The position numbers and the translations under genes are program-made. The notes under the pieces were generated by a model, which made no database searches, had not been told where the DNA came from, and saw nothing but the letters and a program-made list of their open reading frames with translations. DNA of 64,000 bases from an uncultured Poribacteria bacterium. GTDB taxonomy: Bacteria > Poribacteria > WGA-4E > WGA-3G. Below, piece by piece: positions 9,726-18,868 of the stretch. Within the stretch, counting starts at the first letter, position 1; every line of letters begins with the position of its first letter. The stretch covers positions 5,344,001 through 5,408,000 of the forward strand of contig OX638351.1 in NCBI GenBank assembly GCA_951813565.1. The letters are read 5' to 3'.

Positions 9726-10213
9726 GGGTGTGTAAAGTTTTTGTAGAAATCCGCCCTACAGTGGAAAACGCCGCGTAATCATTGCAAATTGAACCTATAT
9801 AAACGACTTGTGCCAGTTAACATTTTGTTTTATTGGTTTTCACATATATTTGCATTTGTGCTATAAACATATCGTCCCTACCAAATCAACGCCAAATGCG
9901 CCAAATCAAGAAATCAACGGTATGAATCATGGCGAATGCCAAAAGCGCATTCGTCTTTAGTCATTCACCGGGTATGAATGCCTTTTGGCATTCCCCGTAT
10001 GGCATTTGGCGGGACTAAAGAGTGCTCGTCCAATCATTTTCTATAAACATATCGTCCCTACCAAATCAACGCCAAATGCGATTATGGCATTTGGCGGGAC
10101 TGAAGAACATATAAATATATGATAATGACTTACGAACATTTTCTTTTGTGAAATAAAGTTCTACAAACGGTTATTTAGCACAACTCGTTATATAACCAAA
10201 TATTTACACATCC
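9726..10213. mobile_element. Non-autonomous element with ISKra4-like ends
   Basis: Left GGGTGTGTAAAGTTTT and right TATAACCAAATATTTACACATCC match the ISKra4 end at 15446-15468; flanks GCAACGAAT / GCAACAAAC (7/9). Confidence 0.7.
9861..10105. repeat. Tandem REP-like units CTATAAACATATCGTCCCTAC...GGGACT, each interrupted by CCAAATCAAC-hairpin cassettes
   Basis: Direct repeat 9861-9900 = 10041-10080; first copy holds further nested cassettes. Confidence 0.85.
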
Positions 10214-10229
10214 GCAACAAACTTAAGAT

Positions 10230-10258
10230 TTGACACTGCTATCAGTTTCCGGTATAAT
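10230..10258 (+). promoter_or_regulatory. Consensus sigma70 promoter for the R-M operon
   Basis: TTGACA-N17-TATAAT. Confidence 0.75.
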
Positions 10259-10346
10259 AAACTGTAAAACAGTTTAGATTGTTAGGTTCGTTGTTTTCAT
10301 ATTGTGTCTGCTTCAATGCAGATTCTGAAGGGACAAAGTTGAACAG

Positions 10347-11360
10347 ATGAATTTTCACAAAATGCGAAACATAGACCTGAGAAAAGAACTCAAAAAACGA
10401 GGTTTAAAAGGTTATTCCTCGTTAAAGAAGGCTCTATTAATTGAGTATCTTTCAACAGGAATCCATCCGCTGAAAAACACACAAATATCTCCAGCGATTG
10501 CAGAGAGCGAAATTCACGATCCTTCTTCTGAAGGTATAGAATATTCACCAACTATTTTAGGAGGAACAACCGAAAAACTTCCTGTTAATCAAATCCTTTC
10601 AGGCGACTGCTTAAAAATTCTCTCTTCTTTTCCAGATGGAGTCTTTGATTGTTGTATTACCGATCCGCCTTTTAATATGTCGAAAAAGAAAGGGTTAGGA
10701 TGGGCATTTAGTTCGCATGTCACAATGCAGGAACAGTGGGATATTTTTTCAAAGGACGACTATTTTCAATTCACGGCAAATTGGATTAAGGAAGTTCTGA
10801 GAGTACTGAAGACGAACGGAAATTTGTTTATTTTTGGATCTTTTCACTGTATCTTTACAATTGGTTTCATTCTTCAAAATATGTTTGACAGGAGGATTAT
10901 CTCTCAAATTGTTTGGTATAAACCTAATGCGCAGCCTAATATTACCTGTCGAATGTTCACCGAGTCTACTGAATTCATCATTTGGGCTGTTAATAATGAA
11001 AGCAAAAAAGCAAAAAACTGGACGTTCAATTATGAAACAATGAAGGCGATGAACAGTGGTAAGCAGATGCGAAACATGTGGGAAATTCCGCTTACCCCAA
11101 GATCAGAACGGAAATTTGGCAAACACCCTTCTCAAAAACCTGTAGCAGTTGTCAATCGAATTATGTTGGCAGGAACTAATGAAGGCGATCTTGTTCTTGA
11201 CCCATTTTCAGGATCTGGGACTACAGCAGTCGTTGCCGAGCAACATAACCGTAAATGGATAATGATTGAGAAAGACGAAACATATAACCAAATTGCGCAA
11301 ATGCGCCTTGATGAGTTGTCTAATAGGTTATTTGAGGATGACTCAAAAAATAGTTGGTGA
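10347..11360 (+). CDS. Beta-class N6-adenine/N4-cytosine DNA methyltransferase with N-terminal helix-extension-helix (Rho_N/SAP-like) module
   Basis: ITDPPF (motif IV) precedes HPSQKP and LDPFSGSGTT (motif I); N-term DLRKELKKRGLKGYSSLKKALLIEYL. Confidence 0.92.
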   Translation: MNFHKMRNIDLRKELKKRGLKGYSSLKKALLIEYLSTGIHPLKNTQISPAIAESEIHDPSSEGIEYSPTILGGTTEKLPVNQILSGDCLKILSSFPDGVFDCCITDPPFNMSKKKGLGWAFSSHVTMQEQWDIFSKDDYFQFTANWIKEVLRVLKTNGNLFIFGSFHCIFTIGFILQNMFDRRIISQIVWYKPNAQPNITCRMFTESTEFIIWAVNNESKKAKNWTFNYETMKAMNSGKQMRNMWEIPLTPRSERKFGKHPSQKPVAVVNRIMLAGTNEGDLVLDPFSGSGTTAVVAEQHNRKWIMIEKDETYNQIAQMRLDELSNRLFEDDSKNSW

Positions 11361-11370
11361 TAGGTATAGC

Positions 11371-11991
11371 ATGGAAAGACGAGAAGCAATCCAGAAATTA
11401 TCAACTATTGAGGGTGAGGATCTTCGAAATCTTGCCGAAAAGTATGAGGTTACAGTCCACAAAGGCAAAAAAATTAATAAAGGTTGGGCGGGGCAGGTAC
11501 TTGAAAGACATTTAGGTCTACCAATCAATTCATCACGATCTCCTAACTTCGGATCTTGGGAACTAAAAACAATTCCCTTAAAATATTTGAAAAGTGGCAA
11601 GTTGACGATTAAAGAAACAATGGCAGTAACAATGATTGATCCATATAATGTTGAACGTACCGATTTTGAAGATAGTCATTTGCTAATCAAATTAAGACGA
11701 ATGATTGTAGCTGCGAGAATTTGGGAAAGTCAAAAAGAGGAAAGATCCATTTTACACCGTGTAACGACCTTTGATTTAGATGACATTGAAGTCTACAATC
11801 AAGTAAAAGCAGATTATAACCTAGTTAGAGAGACAATTCATACTAAGGGTTTTTCTGCTCTTACAGGTAAAATGGGTGTGTACATTCAACCAAGAACCAA
11901 AGGACGTGGGCATGGATCTACCTCAAGAGCGTTTTATGCAAGGAAATCTTTCCTGAAATTCACTATAAAAAGCGAAATTAAATTCCTATGA
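11371..11991 (+). CDS. MutH/Sau3AI/MvaI-BcnI-like restriction endonuclease
   Basis: NKGWAGQVLERHLGL...SPNFGSWELKT, IQPRTKG, RAFYARK; directly after the MTase. Confidence 0.85.
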   Translation: MERREAIQKLSTIEGEDLRNLAEKYEVTVHKGKKINKGWAGQVLERHLGLPINSSRSPNFGSWELKTIPLKYLKSGKLTIKETMAVTMIDPYNVERTDFEDSHLLIKLRRMIVAARIWESQKEERSILHRVTTFDLDDIEVYNQVKADYNLVRETIHTKGFSALTGKMGVYIQPRTKGRGHGSTSRAFYARKSFLKFTIKSEIKFL

Positions 11992-12102
11992 AAGTCATGG
12001 ACACTATCGCTTAATACCTCTTTGAAAGTAGTTCGCAGGTTGAATTTATTAAGTGCGAATCGAAAACTGAGATAAAGGCAAGTAAATTATGGAGAAAGTG
12101 AA

Positions 12103-13155
12103 ATGGAGGAACTAAAAGAACTTCGCGTATCAAATGATGCCATGAACGATCCGGAAGAATTGCGCGCCCGGATGTCGGAAGCGGGGTATCTTTTCTTCAA
12201 GAAACTGCAAGACCCTGATAAACTTTGGGCATTGCGGCGAGAGATGCTAACGACAATGCAAGAAGGTGGTTGGCTCGTAGCAGGTACTGATCCGATGGAT
12301 GGCATCGCTGATATTTCTACACAGTGTACCGAAGGTGATCCTGAATACACAGATGTATACCATGAGGTGTATAAGTTAGAGGTGTTTCACCGTTCTGGTC
12401 ACTGGGATGAAGTCGTTGATATGGTAGAGAAAATTATCGGTAGAGAGGCGCTGCCCCATCCGCAGAAGATTGCGCGGCTCTGGTATCCGAAGTATACCGC
12501 TCACACGACACCGATACATCAAGATTTCGTTCACTTCCAAGGCAATTTTCAGACCTACACATGTTGGGCACCCGTTGGTGATTGCCCGATAGAATTGGGA
12601 GGCTTAGCGGTTCTACCCGGTTCACATAAAGTTAATAAGGTCATGGAGCATCACTTTTCACTTGGGGCTGGTGGTCTGTGTGTTCATACTGATGAACTGT
12701 CGGGTGAATGGCATTCCACAAACTATGAAATAGGCGACACATTGATTTTTCCTGCCTTGACTATCCACAAAGCATTGCCGAATTTGACTGAGGACCGGCT
12801 GCGTGTGTCACTTGACAACCGCTATCAGGCAGTTGATGACCCAATAGCAGAGCACATGCTTGAGCCGCACCTAAACATCTTCAATTCGCTGCAGTGGGAT
12901 GATGTTTATCGCAATTGGGAATCTGACAAACTCAAATACTACTGGAAAGATTATGATCTCACCGTTATACCGAGAGATTTCAGTTACGGTAACAAAGGGT
13001 TTGAGGAAGCGTTGGAATTAGCGAGAGAGGGCGATGATCGCGCAGTGTATCAGTTAAACCGAATAATCAAAAGGGATCCGACTGCTGATTTGGCGAAGCG
13101 AGCATCTGCTGTCTTACAAGAAGCAAATATTGAAGTATCTGTTGCTCAATCTTAG
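12103..13155 (+). CDS. Phytanoyl-CoA dioxygenase (PhyH) family protein
   Basis: TPIHQD, LAVLPGSHK, TIHKALPN, RVSLDNRY. Confidence 0.9.
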   Translation: MEELKELRVSNDAMNDPEELRARMSEAGYLFFKKLQDPDKLWALRREMLTTMQEGGWLVAGTDPMDGIADISTQCTEGDPEYTDVYHEVYKLEVFHRSGHWDEVVDMVEKIIGREALPHPQKIARLWYPKYTAHTTPIHQDFVHFQGNFQTYTCWAPVGDCPIELGGLAVLPGSHKVNKVMEHHFSLGAGGLCVHTDELSGEWHSTNYEIGDTLIFPALTIHKALPNLTEDRLRVSLDNRYQAVDDPIAEHMLEPHLNIFNSLQWDDVYRNWESDKLKYYWKDYDLTVIPRDFSYGNKGFEEALELAREGDDRAVYQLNRIIKRDPTADLAKRASAVLQEANIEVSVAQS

Positions 13156-13359
13156 CGTTGTAAAATCAAAGTTTATTTTTCTATTATGGATAAACACTAA
13201 ACAATCAACACTTGTGATTCAAATTACAAATAAACACCCCATGATTATCTGGTGCTAAACTAAAATACGTTGAACTTATCATCAGTGATATTTTCTTCAA
13301 CCGTAATTTACGTTTAGTGCCAGATTTTTTTAATACTAAAATATAAAGGAGGATTGAAA

Positions 13360-13463
13360 ATGACACACTTTGCTCCATTTCGGATGGCTTTGTTTAGTTG
13401 CATCGTCTTATTGCTGCTTATGAGTCTAAGCGCACATTCTCAGACGATAGAAGCTAAAAAATA
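13360..13463 (+). pseudogene. 5' stub of a secreted-protein gene truncated by IS1595
   Basis: AAGGAGG RBS then MTHFAPFRMALFSCIVLLLLMSLSAHSQTIEAKK (signal peptide) runs into the IS left end; remainder absent on the other side. Confidence 0.7.
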
Positions 13464-14871
13464 CGCAATAAGTAGTTTTGGACTTGCAACAAAATTTTAA
13501 AAATCGCTCTAAATCCTTGTGTAGACTACATTTTTCGATTGTTTTAATTGTGAAAATATGATACAATTTAGATAAGAAATTAGAGGGCTGTTAACCCCCT
13601 AATTGAACACAAAAAAGCGAGTTGCTTTTCTGGCATTCTGTCTTATCTAGTTATTGTATCAGAAACCTGTCAGAAAAAGCAACTCCTAAAAAGGAGTTTT
13701 CTGATGGATTTGTTGAAAGTGATGGAACGATTCCCTGATCAAGAGAGTTGTATTGAACATTTAGAGAGTATTCGGTGGAAGGGTAAACCGAAGTGTCCAC
13801 ATTGTGATTGCCCAAACGCTGCAAGACGAACAGAAACGGAATTGGGACGCATCGGACGCTTGCAATGCCACGATTGCACTGCTACTTTCAAGGTTACTTG
13901 TGGCACGGTGTTTCACGGGACAAAGATAGCACTTCAGAAGTGGTTTTTGGCTATCTCGTTGATGATGAATGCTAAAAAGAGCCTTTCAAGTCATCAGTTG
14001 GCAAGAGATTTGGACTTGGATCAAAAGACTGCGTGGCGTATGGGAACATGTATCCGTGCTGAAATGGCTAAAGATAATATCCTCTTACAAGGTATCATAG
14101 AGGCTGACGAAACTTATGTCGGGGGTAAACCTCGCAAAGCGAACAAAAAAGAGGACAGGGATCCTGCTAAGCGTGGGCGTGGCACTGATAAAGATGCTAT
14201 CATCGGAGCGATTGAACGCGGTGGGAAAGTTGTGGCAAGACTCGCAAAAGATTTGACGGGACGGACTATCTTAAATTTTATTCGCGAAGTTGTTAAAGTA
14301 GATAAATCGCAGTTGATGACTGATGAGTATAAGGCTTATCTCACACTCGGTAAAGAGATGAAGCACCATATCATTGATCATCAAGAACAATTTGTTGACG
14401 GTGATGTCCATACCAATACGATTGAAGGCTTCTGGTCACTTCTCAAACGTGCTTGGTATGGAAGTCATCACCACTATTGGACTGAATACACGCCCCTATA
14501 TGTCGCAGAGGCGTGCTATAAATACAACTATAGGAGCATTGAGAGCATTTTTGATAAGTTTGTCAATGAGAGTATGAGATGAAGACTCACTCAACGATGG
14601 CAGAAGAACTTAAAGAATAAGGTCTTGACAAGCTGGACCACACTCATATCACAACGGCAAAACGATTAGAAGAATTGTCTGCCGTTGCAAAGTATCTATC
14701 AAGCGCGCTCAACTTTTATACCGATGTGAGTTGGAGGGGCAGAAGTTCTCGCAGATTAGAGTTAGAAATTAGTCTTCGCCGTTTAGTGCTTTTCCGAATT
14801 CTCATACCCTATTAAGTATAAATTTCCATAACGCTTAAGGGCTTTTTGCAAGTCCAAAACTACTTATTGCG
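13464..14871 (+). mobile_element. IS1595-family insertion sequence, copy 2 (complete, 1408 bp)
   Basis: Perfect 26-bp terminal IRs at 13464-13489 and 14846-14871; no target-site duplication visible. Confidence 0.95.
13704..14582 (+). CDS. IS1595-family DDE transposase
   Basis: Protein identical to 77..955. Confidence 0.95.
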   Translation: MDLLKVMERFPDQESCIEHLESIRWKGKPKCPHCDCPNAARRTETELGRIGRLQCHDCTATFKVTCGTVFHGTKIALQKWFLAISLMMNAKKSLSSHQLARDLDLDQKTAWRMGTCIRAEMAKDNILLQGIIEADETYVGGKPRKANKKEDRDPAKRGRGTDKDAIIGAIERGGKVVARLAKDLTGRTILNFIREVVKVDKSQLMTDEYKAYLTLGKEMKHHIIDHQEQFVDGDVHTNTIEGFWSLLKRAWYGSHHHYWTEYTPLYVAEACYKYNYRSIESIFDKFVNESMR

Positions 14872-15468
14872 AAAAGTTATTTGCGTTAGCAACGCAAAGT
14901 GGCATTTACCGAGACGATATAGATACCCAGGATGTTGTGTTTCTTGGGGATGGTGCTGCGTGGATATGGAACTTAGCCGATGAATACTTTCCGAATGCCA
15001 TTGAGATTGTGGATTACATGCATGCGAAATCCCATTTATATGAAGTGGCAAAACAGGCATTTGGGGAACATCAGACAACAACGATTGAAAAGTGGGTAGA
15101 GGCAACAGACTTTTTTCTTTATGAGGGAGACACAGCAGAACTCGTTTTACGCATTCGGGGTTTAGGTATAGAAAATCCAGATGTTGTGAATATCTTAGAC
15201 AGGGAAGCAGGCTATTTCGAAAAGCACGCTGAACGCATGCAATATAAAATGTTTAGAGAAAAAGGGTATCAAATCGGGAGTGGCGTGATTGAGAGTGCCT
15301 GCAAACATGTCGTGGGGCAAGGTGTAAACAAGCTGCTATGAGGTGGCAGGAGAAAGGTATCAATCCAGTGCTTTCCGCACGATGTTTGATAAAAAATGGA
15401 GCGTGGGACAGATATTGGAATGAACTCAAACAGGCAGCATGAACTTATAACCAAAACTTTACACACCC
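14872..15468 (+). pseudogene. Truncated, frameshifted ISKra4-family transposase with its right end
   Basis: VVFLGDGAAWIWN, IVDYMHA, IGSGVIESACK; frameshift near 15320 then RCKQAAMRW...WDRYW stop 15442; end ...CTTTACACACCC at 15468. Confidence 0.85.
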
Positions 15469-15591
15469 GCTTTACAGAAACAATTTGCGATGCGATGTGT
15501 GTTGTGCTATACTTTTCTATGAACCCAAAAATAGAAAATAAAGTACTACAGACCACCTCCTAAATGCGATTTTGACGGAGTTTGGATATAC

Positions 15592-16064
15592 GTGTGCAAG
15601 CCGAGACCTTTAAAAATATATCTTGATACCTGTTGTTTGAGTAGGCGTTTTGACGATCAGACGCAAACTCGGATTCACCAAGAAACTGAAGCAATCAGGC
15701 AGATACTTGACTATTTTCAAGATGGACGTTGGCTTGGATATCCAGCGATGTTTTAGTTGATGAAATTGAAAACAATCCTAATGAAACAAAACGGATTCAA
15801 ATCAAAAGGTGGCTAATTCATGTTGCCCAAGATATTTCTGTTGAAACGAGTGAAATGTCAAGAGGCAGACAGTTAGAAACATTGACGTTTCAAGTAATGG
15901 ATGCTTTACATCTTGCTTGTGCTGAGAGCGGATCGGCAGATGTTTTGTTAACAACAGATGACAGGTTACTCAATAAGGCGAGAAGTGTGCAGACTCAACT
16001 TAACATTGAAGTTGATAATCCTCAGGAATGGTTACAGAAGGTGAGAAAAAATGAACATACTTGA
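15592..16064 (+). pseudogene. PIN-domain toxin with a one-base frameshift near 15730
   Basis: KIYLDTCCLSRRFDDQTQTRIHQETEAI in one frame; WISSDVL...MDALHLACAE...LLTTDDRL in the other. Confidence 0.8.
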
Positions 16065-17133
16065 GATGACAGATAAAGAACTATATGAACTCGGTCAAAA
16101 GACACTTGCGGATAAACTTGGCGCCGATCAGGTCGAGCGGTTTGTTCGCCAATGCAAACCGGGTGAGGGTGACTACTCCGTCGATCGCCATAAATTGTTA
16201 GCAAATCAGGGAGATATTGACACTATTGTTGAACGTATTCAAGAGAGACGCAAGACGAGAAAAGTAGAAGAACGTAAACGTTCGGAAAGATTCAATGCTC
16301 CTCAAAGCGAAATCCGAAAAATGACGGATATTGAAATTTTTGAAATCGGACTTAAAGTACTTGTTGATAAACTTGGATCCGCTGGGTACTGGCGGTTTTT
16401 TCAACAGTGTCAAGAGATTAAGAGAGGTTATCCTATTGAACACATTCAAAATAAAGAGGATGCCAAAAAAGAAATTGCAATTTACACGGCAGGCATAACG
16501 CTTAATCCGAAAATGGTTGAGAGTTATATCAAGCGGGGCAATGCCTATAGTTACATCGGCGAGTATGACAAAGCCATCGCAGATTACAGTGAAGCGGTAA
16601 AACTCAAACCTGATTATGCTGAAGCTTATAGCAATCGCGCAAAAGCGCACCTCAAAAAAGTTGATTTTGATAGAGCTATTGAAGACTATACCATGGTGAT
16701 AGAACTCAATCCGCAAGATGTTGATGCATATTACACTCGCGGTAAACTTTACGTTGAGGGCGGTGAGTATGACAAGGCAATCGCTGATTTTAGTATGGCA
16801 ATAAAACTTGACCCTGAGCATGCCGATGCATCTGGTTATCGTGCTACCCTTTACGGTGAAAAAGGTGAGTATGACAAGGCAATTGAAGGATTTAGCAAGG
16901 AGATAGAGCTCCGACCCTATGATGCCGAGACTTACGAAGAACGCGGAAAAATTTACGTCAAAATAGGCGAATATGACAAAGCAATTGCTGACTTTTCTGA
17001 GACGATAAAACTAATCCCAGACTTCACTGAGGCTTACTTTGAACGTGCTATGACTTACTTGCGAATGGACAATTTGAAGTCTGCAATGCAGGATTTTGAC
17101 AAAATTTCAGAGTTGAAACAGGATTCTATGTGA
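16051..17133 (+). CDS. Duplicated antitoxin-like N-terminal module fused to TPR repeats
   Basis: Two copies of MTD.E..E.G.K.L.DKLG.....RF..QC, then ~6 TPRs (GEYDKAIADYS...); overlaps the PIN gene end. Confidence 0.8.
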   Translation: MNILEMTDKELYELGQKTLADKLGADQVERFVRQCKPGEGDYSVDRHKLLANQGDIDTIVERIQERRKTRKVEERKRSERFNAPQSEIRKMTDIEIFEIGLKVLVDKLGSAGYWRFFQQCQEIKRGYPIEHIQNKEDAKKEIAIYTAGITLNPKMVESYIKRGNAYSYIGEYDKAIADYSEAVKLKPDYAEAYSNRAKAHLKKVDFDRAIEDYTMVIELNPQDVDAYYTRGKLYVEGGEYDKAIADFSMAIKLDPEHADASGYRATLYGEKGEYDKAIEGFSKEIELRPYDAETYEERGKIYVKIGEYDKAIADFSETIKLIPDFTEAYFERAMTYLRMDNLKSAMQDFDKISELKQDSM

Positions 17134-17189
17134 ATCTATATTGCTGAAGCACCATTTATGCTTCAATATATATCTAAGGATTAAATACA

Positions 17190-17807
17190 ATGAATTACGT
17201 AATTGAGGAAAGACTATATCAGTTTAAAGAAGATTTAAACGCTATGTCACCAATTCAAATCGTGAGAAAACACATTATTTCTGGCGAATGTTGTATTTTG
17301 TCTCAGCATGAATATTTTGATTTGCGGTCAGAGATTGCTGATCACTTTGGGGTACACCCCAACGAGGTTTTGGTAGTGGGATCAGCTAAACTCGGTTTTA
17401 GTGTTGCGCCTAAAAAACGATATCTTCCTTTTGGTGATAAATCAGATATTGATGTAGCGTTAGTATCTTCAAAGTTATTTGACCAAGTTTGTGAGGAGAT
17501 ATATACTTATAAGCAAGAAGCAGGCGACTGGAAAAAATACAACGAATATCTTGATTACCTTTTTCATGGGTGGATAAGACCAGATATGTTACCTAGGTCA
17601 CCAGTATTTCCATTCGGCAAAAAATGGTGGGATTTTTTCCTAGGATTAACAAGCAATCAAAGGTATGGAGATTACAAGATTCGCGGCGCGGTATATAAAT
17701 CTTATTATTTTTTAGAGAACTATCAAGAAGTCTGTGTACAGCAATGCATGGATGAAAAAAGTATAAATAACTTGGAGGAAAACAATGCAGATAGCAGCAG
17801 GTACTAG
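17190..17807 (+). CDS. Polymerase-beta-superfamily nucleotidyltransferase-like protein
   Basis: VVGSAKLGFS...SDIDVALVS (hGS..DxD). Confidence 0.7.
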   Translation: MNYVIEERLYQFKEDLNAMSPIQIVRKHIISGECCILSQHEYFDLRSEIADHFGVHPNEVLVVGSAKLGFSVAPKKRYLPFGDKSDIDVALVSSKLFDQVCEEIYTYKQEAGDWKKYNEYLDYLFHGWIRPDMLPRSPVFPFGKKWWDFFLGLTSNQRYGDYKIRGAVYKSYYFLENYQEVCVQQCMDEKSINNLEENNADSSRY

Positions 17808-18810
17808 AAGAATCCATAGTCTTTTGAATGGTCTCAGAACTGGAGCCTTAGTGCCAAATCCTGATTTCCAAAGACGCTTGGTGTGGTCGAATAAACACAA
17901 GAGCGCTTTTATTGAAACAGTATTGCGCGGATATCCTTTTCCAGAAATATATATAGCCGCTGGCGAAGTTGATCCGGATACTGGGGAAGCAACAGAAATG
18001 TTAGTAGACGGTCAACAAAGGTTGACTACGTTGAAACAGTATGTTGATGCATCTAAAGATTTGAAGTTGTCAGGTGGGGTAATGCCATTCGCTGAACTTA
18101 GTGATGAACAAAAAAGAGGTTTCTATAATTATCCAGTTGTGGTTCGAGACTTGGGACAGACAAGCATAAGCGAAATTAAGGAAATCTTTCAAAGGATTAA
18201 CTCAACAAATTATTCTCTAAATGCTATGGAGATTCACAATGCAAGATATGATGGAGAGATAAAACAATTCGCAGATGTGCTTTCAGAAGAGTCATTTTTT
18301 AAAAAACATCGAGTATTCAGTACTACTGATATTAGACGAATGAGGGATGTTTCCTTTGCTTTGTCTGTGGTAATTACGGTGATGTCAACTTATTTTAGTT
18401 CAGAGAATGAATTTGAAAATTATCTCAAACAATACAATGATGAATTTGAAGAAGAACTGACTCTGAAAATTGAGTTTCAAAAGGTATTTCGGTTCATTAA
18501 TAAGTGTGACCTACCTGAAAAAAGTCGTGCATGGAAAAAGTCAGATTTATTCACATTGCTTGTAGAGATTCATAGGGCATTATTTAAAGAAGAAAATAAC
18601 CTTAAACCAATAGAAGTAGGAAAACGACTTCTACAGTTCTATGAATTAGTAGATAAATCTGCTAAAGCAGATGAGGATTCTGGAACAGAAAATGACAGAT
18701 TGCAGGAATATTATAAGGCTGCCCTTCAGGGAACTCAAAGTAGATCGAACCGCATAAGAAGGGGAAAGATTATACAAGATGTCATTAATGGTAATTTTCA
18801 GTTTGATTAG
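17785..18810 (+). CDS. DUF262 (GmrS/ParB-like) domain protein
   Basis: PDFQRRLVW, YPFPEIY, VDGQQRLTT, IFQRINS; overlaps upstream gene. Confidence 0.9.
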   Translation: MQIAAGTRRIHSLLNGLRTGALVPNPDFQRRLVWSNKHKSAFIETVLRGYPFPEIYIAAGEVDPDTGEATEMLVDGQQRLTTLKQYVDASKDLKLSGGVMPFAELSDEQKRGFYNYPVVVRDLGQTSISEIKEIFQRINSTNYSLNAMEIHNARYDGEIKQFADVLSEESFFKKHRVFSTTDIRRMRDVSFALSVVITVMSTYFSSENEFENYLKQYNDEFEEELTLKIEFQKVFRFINKCDLPEKSRAWKKSDLFTLLVEIHRALFKEENNLKPIEVGKRLLQFYELVDKSAKADEDSGTENDRLQEYYKAALQGTQSRSNRIRRGKIIQDVINGNFQFD

Positions 18811-18868
18811 AGAGAAAAGTAGTTGGCAAAGTTACGTTTTATACTGAAGGAAGAGTAACAGATAAGAA

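Noticed and set aside
9861..10105. CRISPR array
   Set aside because: Only two repeat units, themselves interrupted by hairpin cassettes, with no regular spacers and no cas genes.
1..14871. Composite transposon bounded by the two direct IS1595 copies
   Set aside because: The cargo is housekeeping (nadC, tRNAs), the outer left flank is outside the window, and no shared TSD can be shown; independent insertions are simpler.
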